Origin: Alphaproteobacteria bacterium
Lineage (GTDB): Bacteria > Pseudomonadota > Alphaproteobacteria > GCA-2731375
Length of the DNA stretch: 64,000 nucleotides
Reading direction: 5' to 3'
Assembly: GCA_965225945.1 (NCBI GenBank)
Contig: CBDDBZ010000036.1
Coordinates: 381,513-445,512, forward strand
Shown: positions 1-11,417 of the stretch, piece after piece
Numbering within the stretch: the stretch's first letter is position 1
How the letters are laid out: the number at the start of each line of letters is the position of its first letter
Notes under the pieces: model-generated
Databases searched by the model: none
What the model was told of the DNA's origin: nothing
What the model saw: the letters and a program-made list of their open reading frames with translations, nothing else
Program-made: the position numbers and the translations under genes

Positions 1-136
1 CGGTTGAAGGCGTGCCGCTCATGAAGCTGAGCCAGTCGCCCCAAATGCGGAAGCCATCCAAGGCGCCGGGAATGCCCAGCGCAAAAGAACCCGCCCCGAT
101 CACAGTGAACCACCTGTTGCCGAAGAATTTGAACAT
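1..136 (-). CDS. N-terminus of a small hydrophobic protein running off the window, possible IS passenger gene
   Basis: ATG at 136 reads MFKFFGNRWFTVIGAGSFALGIPGALDGFRIWGDWL with no stop to position 1; lies inside the IS-like end at 168-189. Confidence 0.35.
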   Translation of the reverse strand, partial: MFKFFGNRWFTVIGAGSFALGIPGALDGFRIWGDWLSFMSGTPST

Positions 137-167
137 CCCCGAATAGTCGGGAGTCCGCCCGCCACCG

Positions 168-189
168 TCAAGTGGGCTTTATAAGTCCC
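168..189 (-). mobile_element. IS terminal inverted repeat, IS1595-family (ISNwi1-like) candidate
   Basis: Reverse complement GGGACTTATAAAGCCCACTTGA matches 34917-34938 at 20/22; sits where the ATPase gene is cut. Confidence 0.6.
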
Positions 190-1026
<837 letters not shown>

Positions 1027-1145
1027 ACGGTGCCGGGAGCGCTGGCTCGTTGCAGGGCTTAAGGAAATCGGCACGCTCGAGGACGGCTGGGACTGCCATG
1101 TGAAGGGATCAGTGAACCGCAGACAGATCTAGGGAGGATCGCACC

Positions 1146-2465
1146 ATGTCAAACTTCACGAGACGTCAGTTGCTGCAAGGCTCGACGGCGCTCGCCGCTG
1201 GCGCCGCGCTCACCGGGCCGGCGCTACTCGACTGGGCCAAGGCCTGGGCGGCGGAGAACCCGTTCAAGCCGGAGAAGGGCGCCAAGCTGAGGGCGCTGCG
1301 CTGGAACCGCTTTGTCATATCGGAAGACGTCCAGTTCGACGCCAACGTCGCGGCCTTCACGGCGGCGACCGGAGTCCCGGTGCGTCTCGACAAGGAGTTT
1401 CTAGACGATATTCAACCCAAGGCCGCGGTGGCGGCGAACATCGGCGCGGGACCGGACCTCGTCTGGGGCCTCCTGGCCCTGCCGCATCTTTTCCCCGAGA
1501 AGCTGGTCGACGTGACCGATGTCGCCGATTATCTCGGCGGTAAATACGGCGGCTGGTATCCCATCGCCGAGGAGTACGGCACCCGCGACGGCCGCTGGAT
1601 CGCCATTCCGATGTGCACCGGCGGCAACTACATCAATTACCGCGCCAAATGGGTGCGTGAGGCCGGCTTCGACGGCGTGCCGGACAACACCGACGGCTTC
1701 CTGAAGCTCTGCGCGGCCCTGAAGAAGAACGGCCATCCGGCCGGCATGGCGCTGGGCCACGCGACCGGCGACGGCAACATCTGGACCCACTGGCTGTTCT
1801 GGGCCTTCGGCGGCAAGCTCGTGGACAAGGACGACAATGTCGTGGTCAACAGCCCGGAGACCATTGCGGGTCTCGAATACGCGCGCGAGCTGTACCAGAC
1901 GTTTGTGCCGGGCACCGCCTCCTGGCTCGATGGCCACAACAACAAGGCCTTCCTGTCCGGGGGGATCGGGCTGACCAACAACGGCATCTCGATCTACGCC
2001 GCGGCCCAGGCCAAGGGCATGAAAGAGATCGCCGACGATATGGACCACGCCTTCTTTCCGGTCGGCCCGGTCGGGCGCCCGACCGAGCTGCATCCGCCGT
2101 TTCCGCTGATGGCGTTCAAGTACACCAAGTACCCGAACGCGGCGAAGGCGTTCATGGCGTTCATGATGGAAACCCCGCAATACGACAAGTGGCTGCAGGA
2201 GTCGGTGGGCTTTTTCACTCAGGTATTGAAGGTGCACGACAAGCATCCGGTGTGGAAGGAGGATCCGAAGCGCGCGCCGTTCGCGCAGGCCTCGGCGCGG
2301 TCTCTCAGTATCGGCCACGCCGGATCGCTCGGTTACGCCGCGGCGGGTGTGCTGGCCGACTTCGTCGTCGTCGATATGGTTGCGTCCGCGGCGTTAGGAC
2401 AGGCGACGCCGAAGGAGGCCGCCGAGCTCGCGGAGAAACGGGCTCTCCGCTACTACAAGGTCTGA
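1146..2465 (+). CDS. ABC transporter substrate-binding protein (CUT1 type), Tat-exported
   Basis: GGAGG RBS; TRRQLL twin-arginine signal; 439 aa; operon context. Confidence 0.9.
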   Translation: MSNFTRRQLLQGSTALAAGAALTGPALLDWAKAWAAENPFKPEKGAKLRALRWNRFVISEDVQFDANVAAFTAATGVPVRLDKEFLDDIQPKAAVAANIGAGPDLVWGLLALPHLFPEKLVDVTDVADYLGGKYGGWYPIAEEYGTRDGRWIAIPMCTGGNYINYRAKWVREAGFDGVPDNTDGFLKLCAALKKNGHPAGMALGHATGDGNIWTHWLFWAFGGKLVDKDDNVVVNSPETIAGLEYARELYQTFVPGTASWLDGHNNKAFLSGGIGLTNNGISIYAAAQAKGMKEIADDMDHAFFPVGPVGRPTELHPPFPLMAFKYTKYPNAAKAFMAFMMETPQYDKWLQESVGFFTQVLKVHDKHPVWKEDPKRAPFAQASARSLSIGHAGSLGYAAAGVLADFVVVDMVASAALGQATPKEAAELAEKRALRYYKV

Positions 2466-2537
2466 CCGATCGGCCGGGCGACACGCCGGTCGCGGGCCGG
2501 CATGCCGCCCGGGTCGATCTCGCGTGAGGGGTGAGCG

Positions 2538-3494
2538 GTGGCGACGGCGACCGAGGTACTCCGCTACGACCGGCGAGAGGCGCCCTGGTGGGCCTGGACC
2601 CGGCTCAGCCGCAATCGGAACTGGCTGGGCCTCTGGTTCATGGTGCCGGCCGGGCTGTTCCTCGTGCTGATGCTCACCTACCCGCTGGGGCTCGGCATCT
2701 GGCTCAGTTTCACCGACACCAAGATCGGCCGAGCCGGCGGCTTCATCGGCGTGGAGAACTTCGCCTGGCTCTGGGAGGACCCGGTTTTCTGGCTATCCGT
2801 CTTCAACACCTTCCTCTACACGACCGTTGCCAGCGTCATCAAGTTCGTATTGGGCTTCTACTTGGCGATCCTTCTGAACAACCATATGCCGTTCAAGGCG
2901 CTCATCCGGGCGATCGTCCTGCTGCCGTTCATCGTGCCGACGGTGTTGTCGGCGATCGCCTTCTGGTGGATCTACGACACACAGTTCTCGATCATCAGCT
3001 GGACGCTGATCAAGCTCGGCCTGATCGACGAATACATCAATTTTCTCGGCGAGCCGAACAACGCTCGCGCCTCGGTGATCTTCGCCAACATCTGGCGCGG
3101 CATCCCGTTCGTCGCGATCACCCTGCTCGCCGGGTTGCAGACCGTCCCGGCGTCGCTCTACGAGGCGGCCACCATCGACGGCGCCTCGCGCTGGCAGATA
3201 TTCCGCCGCATTACCTATCCGATGCTGACGCCGATCATCGCCGTCGTCATGACCTTCTCGGTGCTGTTTACCTTCACCGACTTCCAGTTGATCTACGCCA
3301 TGACCAAGGGCGGCCCGATCAACGCGACCCACCTGATGGCGACGCTGTCGTTCCAACGGGCGATTCTGGGCGGCAGCCTGGGCGAGGGCGCGGCGATCTC
3401 GACGGCGATGATCCCCTTCCTGCTGGCCGCCATCATGTTCAGCTGGTTCGGCCTGCAACGGCGGAAATGGCAGCAGGGTGAGTCCGATGACTGA
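2538..3494 (+). CDS. ABC transporter permease (MalF-like)
   Basis: Multiple TM segments; EAA loop LYEAATIDGAS. Confidence 0.92.
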   Translation: MATATEVLRYDRREAPWWAWTRLSRNRNWLGLWFMVPAGLFLVLMLTYPLGLGIWLSFTDTKIGRAGGFIGVENFAWLWEDPVFWLSVFNTFLYTTVASVIKFVLGFYLAILLNNHMPFKALIRAIVLLPFIVPTVLSAIAFWWIYDTQFSIISWTLIKLGLIDEYINFLGEPNNARASVIFANIWRGIPFVAITLLAGLQTVPASLYEAATIDGASRWQIFRRITYPMLTPIIAVVMTFSVLFTFTDFQLIYAMTKGGPINATHLMATLSFQRAILGGSLGEGAAISTAMIPFLLAAIMFSWFGLQRRKWQQGESDD

Positions 3495-3521
3495 TCTCGC
3501 CGACGCGAGAGCGGGAGCCGG

Positions 3522-4646
3522 CTAGTGTCCCGATTCCGAAGTTCGCATGATTTTCGCCTGCTGTTCAGCGATTTCGATTGTTCGGAGGCAGAAGCGCTGG
3601 ATGGCGCCGAGGATGTCATCGGCGGATTTGGTCCATTTGAAGGGTTTGGGGTTCTGGTTTGTCGTGTCGATGTAGTCGAGGATGGTGCGCTCCAACTCCT
3701 TGGTGGAGCGATGGACGCCGCGCCTGATCTGCTTGTCGGTCAGCAGCCCGAACCAGCGCTCGACCTGGTTCAGCCAGGAGGCGCTGGTGGGTGTGAAATG
3801 GGCCTGCCAGCGCGGCCGTTTGGCGAACCAGTCGCGGATCGCCTTGGTCTTGTGGGGCCCGTAGTTGTCCATGACGATGTGGATGTCGAGATCAGCAGGG
3901 ACGTTCGCCTCGACGAGGTCGAGGAATTTGCGGAACTCTCGGGCCCGATGGCGCGGGAAACATTTGCCGATGATCTCTCCCGTGGCGATGTCGAGGGCCG
4001 CGAAGAGAGAGGTCGTGCCGTGGCGCTTGTAGTCGTGGCTGCGCCGCTCCGCCTGCCCGGGGCGCATCGGCAAGAGGGGCTGGGAACGGTCCAAGGCCTG
4101 GATCTGGCTCTTTTCGTCGACACAGAGAACCAGGGCACGATCCGGCGGCGCCAAATACAGACCGACGATGTCGCGGACCTTCTCCACGAAGAAGGGATCG
4201 CTCGACAGCTTGAAGGTCTCCGAGCGATGCGGCTGCAAGCCGAAGGCCCGCCAAATGCGATGAATGGTCGAGGGCGCGTTGCCGCTCGCCCGCGCCATCG
4301 AGCGAAGGCTCCAATGGGTCGCGTCCGGCGGCGTCTCTTCCAGCGTCAGCCGGACCGCTTCCGCGATGGCGTCATCGCCGATTTGGCGCGGCGCGCCGGG
4401 GCGGGGTTCGTCGTACAGACCGTCGAGGCCCTCCGCCGCATAGCGGCGACGCCACTTGCCCACGGTGTCCGCGCTCGCCTCGAGACGAACGGCGATCTCC
4501 TTGTTCTCCAACCCTTCCGCCGCCGCCAAGACGATCCGAGCCCGCCGCGCAAGCCCCTGCGACGTCTTGCGACGACGAGACAGCGCCTCCAATTCGGCGC
4601 GCTCGTCATCGCTCAAAGAGATCGTCACCGCCACTCTCGCCATCAA
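3522..4646 (-). CDS. IS630-family transposase, intact
   Basis: N-terminal HTH; VDEKS, MDNY and WLNQVE DDE motifs; stop overlaps the target site. Confidence 0.93.
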   Translation of the reverse strand: MMARVAVTISLSDDERAELEALSRRRKTSQGLARRARIVLAAAEGLENKEIAVRLEASADTVGKWRRRYAAEGLDGLYDEPRPGAPRQIGDDAIAEAVRLTLEETPPDATHWSLRSMARASGNAPSTIHRIWRAFGLQPHRSETFKLSSDPFFVEKVRDIVGLYLAPPDRALVLCVDEKSQIQALDRSQPLLPMRPGQAERRSHDYKRHGTTSLFAALDIATGEIIGKCFPRHRAREFRKFLDLVEANVPADLDIHIVMDNYGPHKTKAIRDWFAKRPRWQAHFTPTSASWLNQVERWFGLLTDKQIRRGVHRSTKELERTILDYIDTTNQNPKPFKWTKSADDILGAIQRFCLRTIEIAEQQAKIMRTSESGH

Positions 4647-4703
4647 TCGCGCCTCCTGAAAACAAATAGAGACATAATCATATCAATTTATCGATCAGGA
4701 CAC
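3525..4703 (-). mobile_element. IS630-family insertion sequence
   Basis: Ends GTGTCCCGAT / ATCAGGACAC, TA duplicated at 3523-3524 and 4704-4705 within CTAG. Confidence 0.92.
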
Positions 4704-4708
4704 TAGGG

Positions 4709-5656
4709 ATGGCCGATGATACAGCCCCGAGGGATGCCCGTGGCGGCCGCCGCGGGATGCTCCGCATCGTCGAGCGCTGGCGGGAGGCGAAGCGGCAGGA
4801 ACAGGAGGGCATGGATTACCTCTCCACCCTGCCGCAGCGCTTTGTCATCGTCTACCTCCCCTTGGCCGTCTTCCTGTTCGTGCTGCTGTTCCCGTTCTAT
4901 TGGATGGCCATCACCAGCTTCAAGCCGGACGCGGAGTTGATCGATCTCGACACCACCAACCCGTTCTGGGTGGTCAATCCGACGCTGGCCCACTTCGAGC
5001 GACTGCTCTTCAAGACCGAGTACCCGACCTGGATGTGGAACACCATGCTGGTCGCGGTCTCGGCGACCTTCCTGTCGTTGGTGTCGAGCGTGATGGCCGC
5101 CTACGCCATCGTGCGCATCCGTTACAAGGGCTCCAACTGGGTCGGCGGCCTGATCTTTCTGGCCTACCTGGTGCCACCCAGCATCCTGTTCATCCCGCTC
5201 GCGATCATCGTCTTCAAATACGGCCTGTTCGACAGTCCGTTTGCGCTGATTCTGACCTACCCGACGATCCTGATTCCGTTCTCGACCTGGCTTTTGATGG
5301 GGTACTTCAAGTCGATCCCCTACGAGCTCGAGGAATGCGCCCTGATCGACGGCGCCTCGCGGCTGCAGATCCTGGTGAAGATCATCCTGCCGCTGTCGAT
5401 CCCGGGCATCATTTCCGCCGGCATCTTCTCCTTCACCCTGTGCTGGAACGAGTTCCTCTACGCCCTGACGTTCATCTCGTCATCGGAGAAGAAGACCGTG
5501 CCGGTGGCGCTCCTGAGCGAGCTCATCGACGGCGACATCTATCACTGGGGCGCGCTGATGGCCGGCGCCCTGCTCGGCTCGGTGCCGGTGGCGCTGGTAT
5601 ACTCGTTCTTCGTCGAGCACTACGTTTCCAGCATGACCGGCGCGGTCAAGGAATAG
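4709..5656 (+). CDS. ABC transporter permease (MalG-like)
   Basis: TM segments; ELEECALIDGAS loop; WNEFLYA motif. Confidence 0.92.
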   Translation: MADDTAPRDARGGRRGMLRIVERWREAKRQEQEGMDYLSTLPQRFVIVYLPLAVFLFVLLFPFYWMAITSFKPDAELIDLDTTNPFWVVNPTLAHFERLLFKTEYPTWMWNTMLVAVSATFLSLVSSVMAAYAIVRIRYKGSNWVGGLIFLAYLVPPSILFIPLAIIVFKYGLFDSPFALILTYPTILIPFSTWLLMGYFKSIPYELEECALIDGASRLQILVKIILPLSIPGIISAGIFSFTLCWNEFLYALTFISSSEKKTVPVALLSELIDGDIYHWGALMAGALLGSVPVALVYSFFVEHYVSSMTGAVKE

Positions 5657-5686
5657 TCGAGGCCGACATTCGAACCGGCACGCCCT

Positions 5687-5742
5687 GAATGTCGGAGTAG
5701 GGTCACGAATGTCCTGTCTGCTCCTTCCAATGTCACGCCCGG
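5687..5742 (+). repeat. 56-bp direct repeat, copy 1
   Basis: 46/56 identical to 8136-8191 by manual alignment, including exact TCCAATGTCACGCCCGG. Confidence 0.85.
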
Positions 5743-6076
5743 TGTCTACACCACGACGCTGCTGAGCGCCGAGGACCGCGACGACACGGTTCGGTGGGCC
5801 TGACGAGCCACGGGGTCCGGCGGGCGGCACGGGTGAAGTCCATGCTTCGAACGCGACGGAGCTCTCCGTCGCCCACCGAATGACGCCGGTCGATGGCCCG
5901 CCCTCGCCGCTGCAATACCGTCTTTCGGAGGTAGTATCCCCGTGATAGGCACCGGGCTGGCACTTCGCGAGTTAGCCAAACCACGATACAAGAGGCGGGG
6001 CAGGCCCGTCTTGCGTAAGCCCTCGATATATTGTTGAAGTTGCCGTAATTCGTGTCCGTGCGAAAGCCCCAACAGA

Positions 6077-8065
6077 TCACTCGGTTCGGCTGACACCAGC
6101 TCTCTTAAGGCCCCTGCGAAGGCGCGTATCATCCTCTGATGTCTTGTACATACCCCACAAGTAAATGTACGAGAGCTGACGGATATCGATGGGAGAAATG
6201 CGCTTCAAGTGCTCTGCAGCAGCTATTTTCTGTTGCTCACGTTCCAGTAGCGCGTAAGTCGGCGGCAGTAGAAATGATGCGAAAAGGTCCTGCGGATTGC
6301 GTTCTAGTGCCTGTTCGAGTAGATTTGCGGACTTTTCAAATTCGTCCATACCGAAGTGGGCGAAGGTACCTTCAAACTGATAATCAGATGGATAATTCGG
6401 GTTGAGGCGCATCGCCGCTTCGACGAAAGCGAGCGCTTCCGAGGGCCTCCCCGACATCGTCAAAACGTGGGCCATTGCGATATGACCTTCCGGGTCATTT
6501 GGATCGAGTGCGATGGCCTTTTGCGCCTCGCTGAGGGCTTGGTCGAAATCTTGCTTGGCAGGCACCTGCCTTTGACGACCCGCCCATTGATCCAGATAGG
6601 TGAGCGACGCCACGCGATGCGCAAGTGGCGTCGGATATTTGAGTGCTTGCTCGAGGTGCTCCTTAGCGCGCGTTCGTGTTTCCCCCCAAAAGAGGCCGAA
6701 CTTTTCGTACCAGAACCTTTGCGATCCACCCTCCCAGTAGATGGAGGCCAATGCCGCATGGGCCATCCCATAGATCGGGTCCAGCGCTATCGCTTGCTCG
6801 AAGTGGGGAATGGCCTTGGCAAAGCCTTCCGGCGTGCGCTTGACGTAATGGTCCCAGCCCTTGAGAAAACTGTCATAGGCCGCTGGATTGTCCGTGCCCC
6901 GCGCGGCGAGCCGTTGTTCTTCATCGGCGGTAAAATGCAGCGCGAGGGCCTCGACGATTTTACCGGTTATCCGGTCCTGCAACGCAAACACGTCGTCGAG
7001 CGTGCCGTCGTAGCGTTCGGCCCAGAGATGTCCGCCGGTTGCCGCGTCGATAAGCTGAGCATTGATGCGGACCTGGTCGCCCGCCCGCCTGACGCTTCCC
7101 TCCAGCACGTACTTGACTCCGAGATCGCGGGCCACCTGCTTTACGTCCACCTGTCGACCCTTGTGGACAAAGCTAGAATTGCGCGCGATCACGAAGAGCC
7201 CGGAGAGCTTCGAGAGGTCGGTGATCACGTCCTCGGCCATGCCGTCGGCGAAATACTCTTGGGCCTTGTCCTCCGACAGGTTCTGGAACGGTAGCACCGC
7301 GATCGAGGGTTTGTCGGGCAGGGGTAACGCCGCCTTATCGGACGTGGTCGCCGCGCTAGCCGTTTCCGGCTTGCCTCCGACGGCCACGGAGGGTGGAGGC
7401 AGGTCGAGCCGATTCAGCCAAGGCTGCCACCACCAGAGGCCACCAGCCAGAACAGCGAGGACCACAACGGCGGTTGCGGCCCAAGCCTGCCAAGGTTTCG
7501 GGCGCGGTGGCGCCGCCACCGTTTCACTCGCCGCGCCGTCGAGCAAAACGCGATAGACCCGCACCGGGTGGGCAATGTTCTTCAGCCTCTGTTCGCCTTG
7601 GTCTTGGAAGCCTATGTCCAACCTGTCCCGCACGTCTTCCCAGACGCGCGCCGAGATACAGATGCCCCCCGATTCCGCCAGCCCTTCGAGCCGGGCGGCG
7701 ACGTTGACGCCGTCGCCCAGCAAATCTCCATCTTGCTCGATGACGTCGCCGAGGTTGATACCGACGCGGAATTCGATACGCCGATCCTCGGCTATCCAGC
7801 GGTTGCGCGAGGCCATGGCGCTCTGGATGTCTATCGCGCAACGCAAGGCGTCGACCACGCTCGGAAACTCGATCAGCAGGCTGTCGCCCGCGGTGTTGGC
7901 GATCCGCCCCCGGTACTCGGCGATCGTTGGGTCGATCAGCTCCGTCCGATGAGCGCGCAACGCGGCAAGCGTTCCTTCCTCGTCGCTCGCGGTCAGCTGA
8001 CTGTATCCCGCGACATCGGCGGCGACGATCGTCGTCAGCCTGCGGATGGGCTCCCCGCCCGCCAT
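6077..8065 (-). CDS. Class III adenylate/guanylate cyclase - TM - TolB-like - TPR protein
   Basis: AADVAGYS, AGD and GDGVNVAARLE cyclase motifs; TM; KPSIAVLPF module; TPR-like helices. Confidence 0.9.
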   Translation of the reverse strand: MAGGEPIRRLTTIVAADVAGYSQLTASDEEGTLAALRAHRTELIDPTIAEYRGRIANTAGDSLLIEFPSVVDALRCAIDIQSAMASRNRWIAEDRRIEFRVGINLGDVIEQDGDLLGDGVNVAARLEGLAESGGICISARVWEDVRDRLDIGFQDQGEQRLKNIAHPVRVYRVLLDGAASETVAAPPRPKPWQAWAATAVVVLAVLAGGLWWWQPWLNRLDLPPPSVAVGGKPETASAATTSDKAALPLPDKPSIAVLPFQNLSEDKAQEYFADGMAEDVITDLSKLSGLFVIARNSSFVHKGRQVDVKQVARDLGVKYVLEGSVRRAGDQVRINAQLIDAATGGHLWAERYDGTLDDVFALQDRITGKIVEALALHFTADEEQRLAARGTDNPAAYDSFLKGWDHYVKRTPEGFAKAIPHFEQAIALDPIYGMAHAALASIYWEGGSQRFWYEKFGLFWGETRTRAKEHLEQALKYPTPLAHRVASLTYLDQWAGRQRQVPAKQDFDQALSEAQKAIALDPNDPEGHIAMAHVLTMSGRPSEALAFVEAAMRLNPNYPSDYQFEGTFAHFGMDEFEKSANLLEQALERNPQDLFASFLLPPTYALLEREQQKIAAAEHLKRISPIDIRQLSYIYLWGMYKTSEDDTRLRRGLKRAGVSRTE

Positions 8066-8135
8066 GCGCACTCCCCCAAACGCGAAAAGAGACAAGATCT
8101 TAGCGCAGTCGAGACGGTTGCTCTACCAGTCATTG

Positions 8136-8191
8136 GAATGTCGCCTTCGGGCCACGAAGGTCCCGTTGGCTCCGTCCAATGTCACGCCCGG
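8136..8191 (+). repeat. 56-bp direct repeat, copy 2
   Basis: Matches 5687-5742. Confidence 0.85.
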
Positions 8192-8347
8192 CCTCGAGGC
8201 TCGATCGGACGTCGCCGGGCAACAACGGTCATTGCGCCAGCCCTGCCCGCCCGCGCCGTTTGGCCGCCGTCGCGGCGCGATTTATACTGCGGGCGACTCG
8301 ACGCGCCCGGATTTCGAGCGGGATCGCGCAAGGACGAGAGGCCGGCC

Positions 8348-10732
8348 ATGGCGACGACGAGCGGTGCCAGCGCGCGGGCGCAAGCGGCGGCGGACGATCT
8401 CGCCTGCCTGCTGGCGCTGGAGCGCAAGGTGCTCTGGCTCTCGAGCTGGATCATTCACCACGCCAACCACGTCCGCCCGAGCCGCGACGGCCTGAAGGTC
8501 GGCGGCCATCAGGCCTCCTCGGCCAGCCTCTCGACGCTGATGACCGCGCTCTACTTCCACATCCTGAAGCCGGAGGACCGGGTGGCGGTCAAGCCGCACG
8601 CGAGCCCGACCTTCCACGCCATCCAATACCTGCTCGGGCGCCAAACCCGGGAGAAGCTGGAGAACTTCCGCGCGCTGGGGGGCGCGCAGGCCTACCCGTC
8701 GCGGACCAAGGATACCGACGAGGTCGATTTCTCCACCGGCTCCGTCGGCCTGGGCGTGGCGATGACCGCCTTCGCCTCCCTGGTGCAGGACTACGTTTCA
8801 ATGAAGGGCTTGATGGGCGAGCGGCCGCAGATCGGGCGCATGGTCGCCCTCATGGGCGACGCCGAACTCGACGAAGGCAATATCTTCGAGGCCTTGCTGG
8901 AAGGCTGGAAGCACGACATCCGCAATACCTGGTGGATCGTCGACTATAACCGCCAGAGCCTCGATTCGGTGATCACCGACCGCCTCTTCGCCCGGGTCGA
9001 CGACATCTTCCGCACCACTGGCTGGCGCGTCGTGACGCTGAAATACGGCAAGCGCCTGGAGCGTGCTTTTACCGGCGAGGACGGCGAGCAACTCAGGCAA
9101 TGGATCGACGATTGCCCCAATTCGCTCTATTCGGCCCTCACCTACAAGGGAGGCGAGGGTTGGCGGGAGCATCTGGGCCGCGACCAGGGCGACGTGCCCG
9201 GCATCCGCCGCCTGCTGGAGGCGCACGACGACGAGGGCTTGCACGCTCTCATGACCAACCTCGCCGGGCAGGACATGGAGAGCGTGCTGGAGACCCTCAC
9301 CGCCATCGAGGGCGACGAGCCGACCTGTTTCATCGCCTACACCATCAAGGGCCACGGCCTTCCCTTCGCCGGCCACAAGGACAATCACGCGGGCCTGATG
9401 AACCCCGATCAGATGGACGCTTTCCGGGCCGAGATGGGGGTTCCCGAGGGCCGGGAATGGGACAATTTCGTCGGCCTCGACGTCGCCGCCGACGAACTGA
9501 GGGCCTTCATCGAGCGCGCGCCCTTCAACACCGAGCGTTCGCGGGTCCGCACGGCACCCCTGATCGCGCTGCCGGCTCGGCTGCCGATGCCGCGCGCGGC
9601 GAAGCTCTCGACCCAGGAAGCCTTCGGGCGAATCCTTTACGATATCGCCGGTGGGGACGACGAGCTGGCGCGCCGCCTGGTCACCACCTCGCCGGACGTC
9701 ACGGTCTCGACCGGTCTCGGCGGCTGGGTCAATCGCCGCGGCATCTTCGACCGCCAGCGCCGCGAGGACGTTTTTCGCCAGGAGAAGGTGGTCTCGGCCC
9801 AGCGCTGGCACATGGGCCAGGAAGGCCAGCATATCGAGCTCGGCATCGCCGAGAACAACCTCTTCTTGATGCTGGCCGCGCTCGGGCTCTCGAGCGAGCT
9901 CTTCGGCGTCCGCCTGCTGCCGATCGGCACGCTGTACGATCCCTTCATCAAGCGCGGACTCGACGCGTTGAATTACGCGAGCTACCAGGACGCCCGCTTC
10001 ATGGTGGTGGCGACGCCCTCCGGCGTGACGCTCGCGCCCGAGGGCGGCGCCCACCAATCGATCGTGGAGCCGCTGATCGGCATGGGACAGGACAAGCTCG
10101 CCGCTTACGAGCCCGCCTTCGCCGACGAGCTGGCGCGGATCATGCGCTGGGGCTTCGAGCATATGCAGGCGGACGAGGGCGGCTCGCTCTATCTCCGCCT
10201 CTCGACCCGCACGCTCGCGCAGCCGAAACGCGAGATGACGCCGGAGTTGGAGCGCCAAATCCTCGAGGGAGCTTATTGGCAGGTGCCGCCGGCGCCGGGC
10301 GCGGAGTTGGCGATCGTTTACATGGGCGCGCTCGCGGCGGAGGCGGAGGCGGCGCACCAGGCGATTGTGGAGGATATTCCGGGCGCCGGCCTGCTGGCGG
10401 TGACCAGCGCCGACATCGCCTACCGGGAATGGAACCAGGCGTGGCGTCGCCGGGCCCGTGGCGACCGCGGGGCGCGGAGCCATATCGGCCGGCTGTTGGA
10501 TCCGCTCGCCCCGGACGCGGCGTTGATCACCGTGCTGGATGGCCATCCCTCGACATTGTCCTGGCTCGGCTCGGCCTCCCGGCGCCGGGTCTTCAGCCTC
10601 GGGGTCGAGAGTTTCGGCCAGTCGGGCGACATCCCGGATCTCTACCGCGTGAACGGCATCGACGAGGCGGCGATCGTGGATGCCTGCGCCGCCGCCTGCC
10701 TCGACCGCGAGGGCCGCGATGTCCTCGCCTGA
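8348..10732 (+). CDS. AceE-like / transketolase-family TPP enzyme
   Basis: VGGHQASSAS, FSTGSVGLG, GDAELDEG TPP motif, ELGIAENN, EGGAHQS. Confidence 0.88.
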   Translation: MATTSGASARAQAAADDLACLLALERKVLWLSSWIIHHANHVRPSRDGLKVGGHQASSASLSTLMTALYFHILKPEDRVAVKPHASPTFHAIQYLLGRQTREKLENFRALGGAQAYPSRTKDTDEVDFSTGSVGLGVAMTAFASLVQDYVSMKGLMGERPQIGRMVALMGDAELDEGNIFEALLEGWKHDIRNTWWIVDYNRQSLDSVITDRLFARVDDIFRTTGWRVVTLKYGKRLERAFTGEDGEQLRQWIDDCPNSLYSALTYKGGEGWREHLGRDQGDVPGIRRLLEAHDDEGLHALMTNLAGQDMESVLETLTAIEGDEPTCFIAYTIKGHGLPFAGHKDNHAGLMNPDQMDAFRAEMGVPEGREWDNFVGLDVAADELRAFIERAPFNTERSRVRTAPLIALPARLPMPRAAKLSTQEAFGRILYDIAGGDDELARRLVTTSPDVTVSTGLGGWVNRRGIFDRQRREDVFRQEKVVSAQRWHMGQEGQHIELGIAENNLFLMLAALGLSSELFGVRLLPIGTLYDPFIKRGLDALNYASYQDARFMVVATPSGVTLAPEGGAHQSIVEPLIGMGQDKLAAYEPAFADELARIMRWGFEHMQADEGGSLYLRLSTRTLAQPKREMTPELERQILEGAYWQVPPAPGAELAIVYMGALAAEAEAAHQAIVEDIPGAGLLAVTSADIAYREWNQAWRRRARGDRGARSHIGRLLDPLAPDAALITVLDGHPSTLSWLGSASRRRVFSLGVESFGQSGDIPDLYRVNGIDEAAIVDACAAACLDREGRDVLA

Positions 10733-11348
10733 GGCGGCCGGCGAGCGGGTCGATACCGTCGTTTTCGACCTGGGCGGCGTCCTGATCGATTGGGATCCCC
10801 GCTACCTCTACACCGAGCTGATCGACGATGCGGCGGAGATGGAGCGCTTTCTCGCCACCGTGACGAGCCAGGATTGGAACCAGAAACACGACGAGGGCCG
10901 AAGCTTCGCCGAGGGAATCGCCGAGCTGAGCGAGGCCCATCCCGACAAGCGCGAGCTGATCCGCGCCTACTTCGAGCGTTGGCCCGAGATGATCCGGGGC
11001 CAGATCGACGCCACTGTCGCCATCCTGCGCCGCCTGAAGGCGCGGCGCGTGCCGCTCTACGTGCTGTCCAACTGGTCGGCCGAGACCTGGGTCCATGCGG
11101 AACGGCGCTTCGAGTGGCTCGATTGCTTCGACGCCCTGGTGGTGTCCGGCTTCGAGGGCACGCGCAAGCCGAGGCCGGAGTTCTTCCATCTGCTGCTGGA
11201 GCGCCACGGCCTCAGGCCCGGGCAGGCGATCTTCATCGACGACGTGGCGGCCAACGTCGAGGCGGCCAGGCGGGTCGGGCTGGCGGCTCATCGCTTCGAG
11301 GGCGGCGACGGCCTGGAGGCGGTGCTGCGCGGCCATGGGCTTCTTTAA
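10719..11348 (+). CDS. HAD-family phosphatase
   Basis: VFDLGGVL motif I, LSN, KP, FIDD. Confidence 0.9.
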   Translation: MSSPEAAGERVDTVVFDLGGVLIDWDPRYLYTELIDDAAEMERFLATVTSQDWNQKHDEGRSFAEGIAELSEAHPDKRELIRAYFERWPEMIRGQIDATVAILRRLKARRVPLYVLSNWSAETWVHAERRFEWLDCFDALVVSGFEGTRKPRPEFFHLLLERHGLRPGQAIFIDDVAANVEAARRVGLAAHRFEGGDGLEAVLRGHGLL

Positions 11349-11417
11349 CGCCCTGGTGTAAAAGGCGCTGCGGTGCGCCCGAGACCCGAGCGTCACGCGT
11401 CGTCGGGGTCGATCGAG

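Noticed and set aside
5800-5845. Hammerhead ribozyme at CTGACGAG
   Set aside because: No stem II followed by GAAA could be found
7568-8347. 1054-aa fusion ORF 7568-10732
   Set aside because: The N-terminal extension is antisense to the cyclase; the real start is 8348
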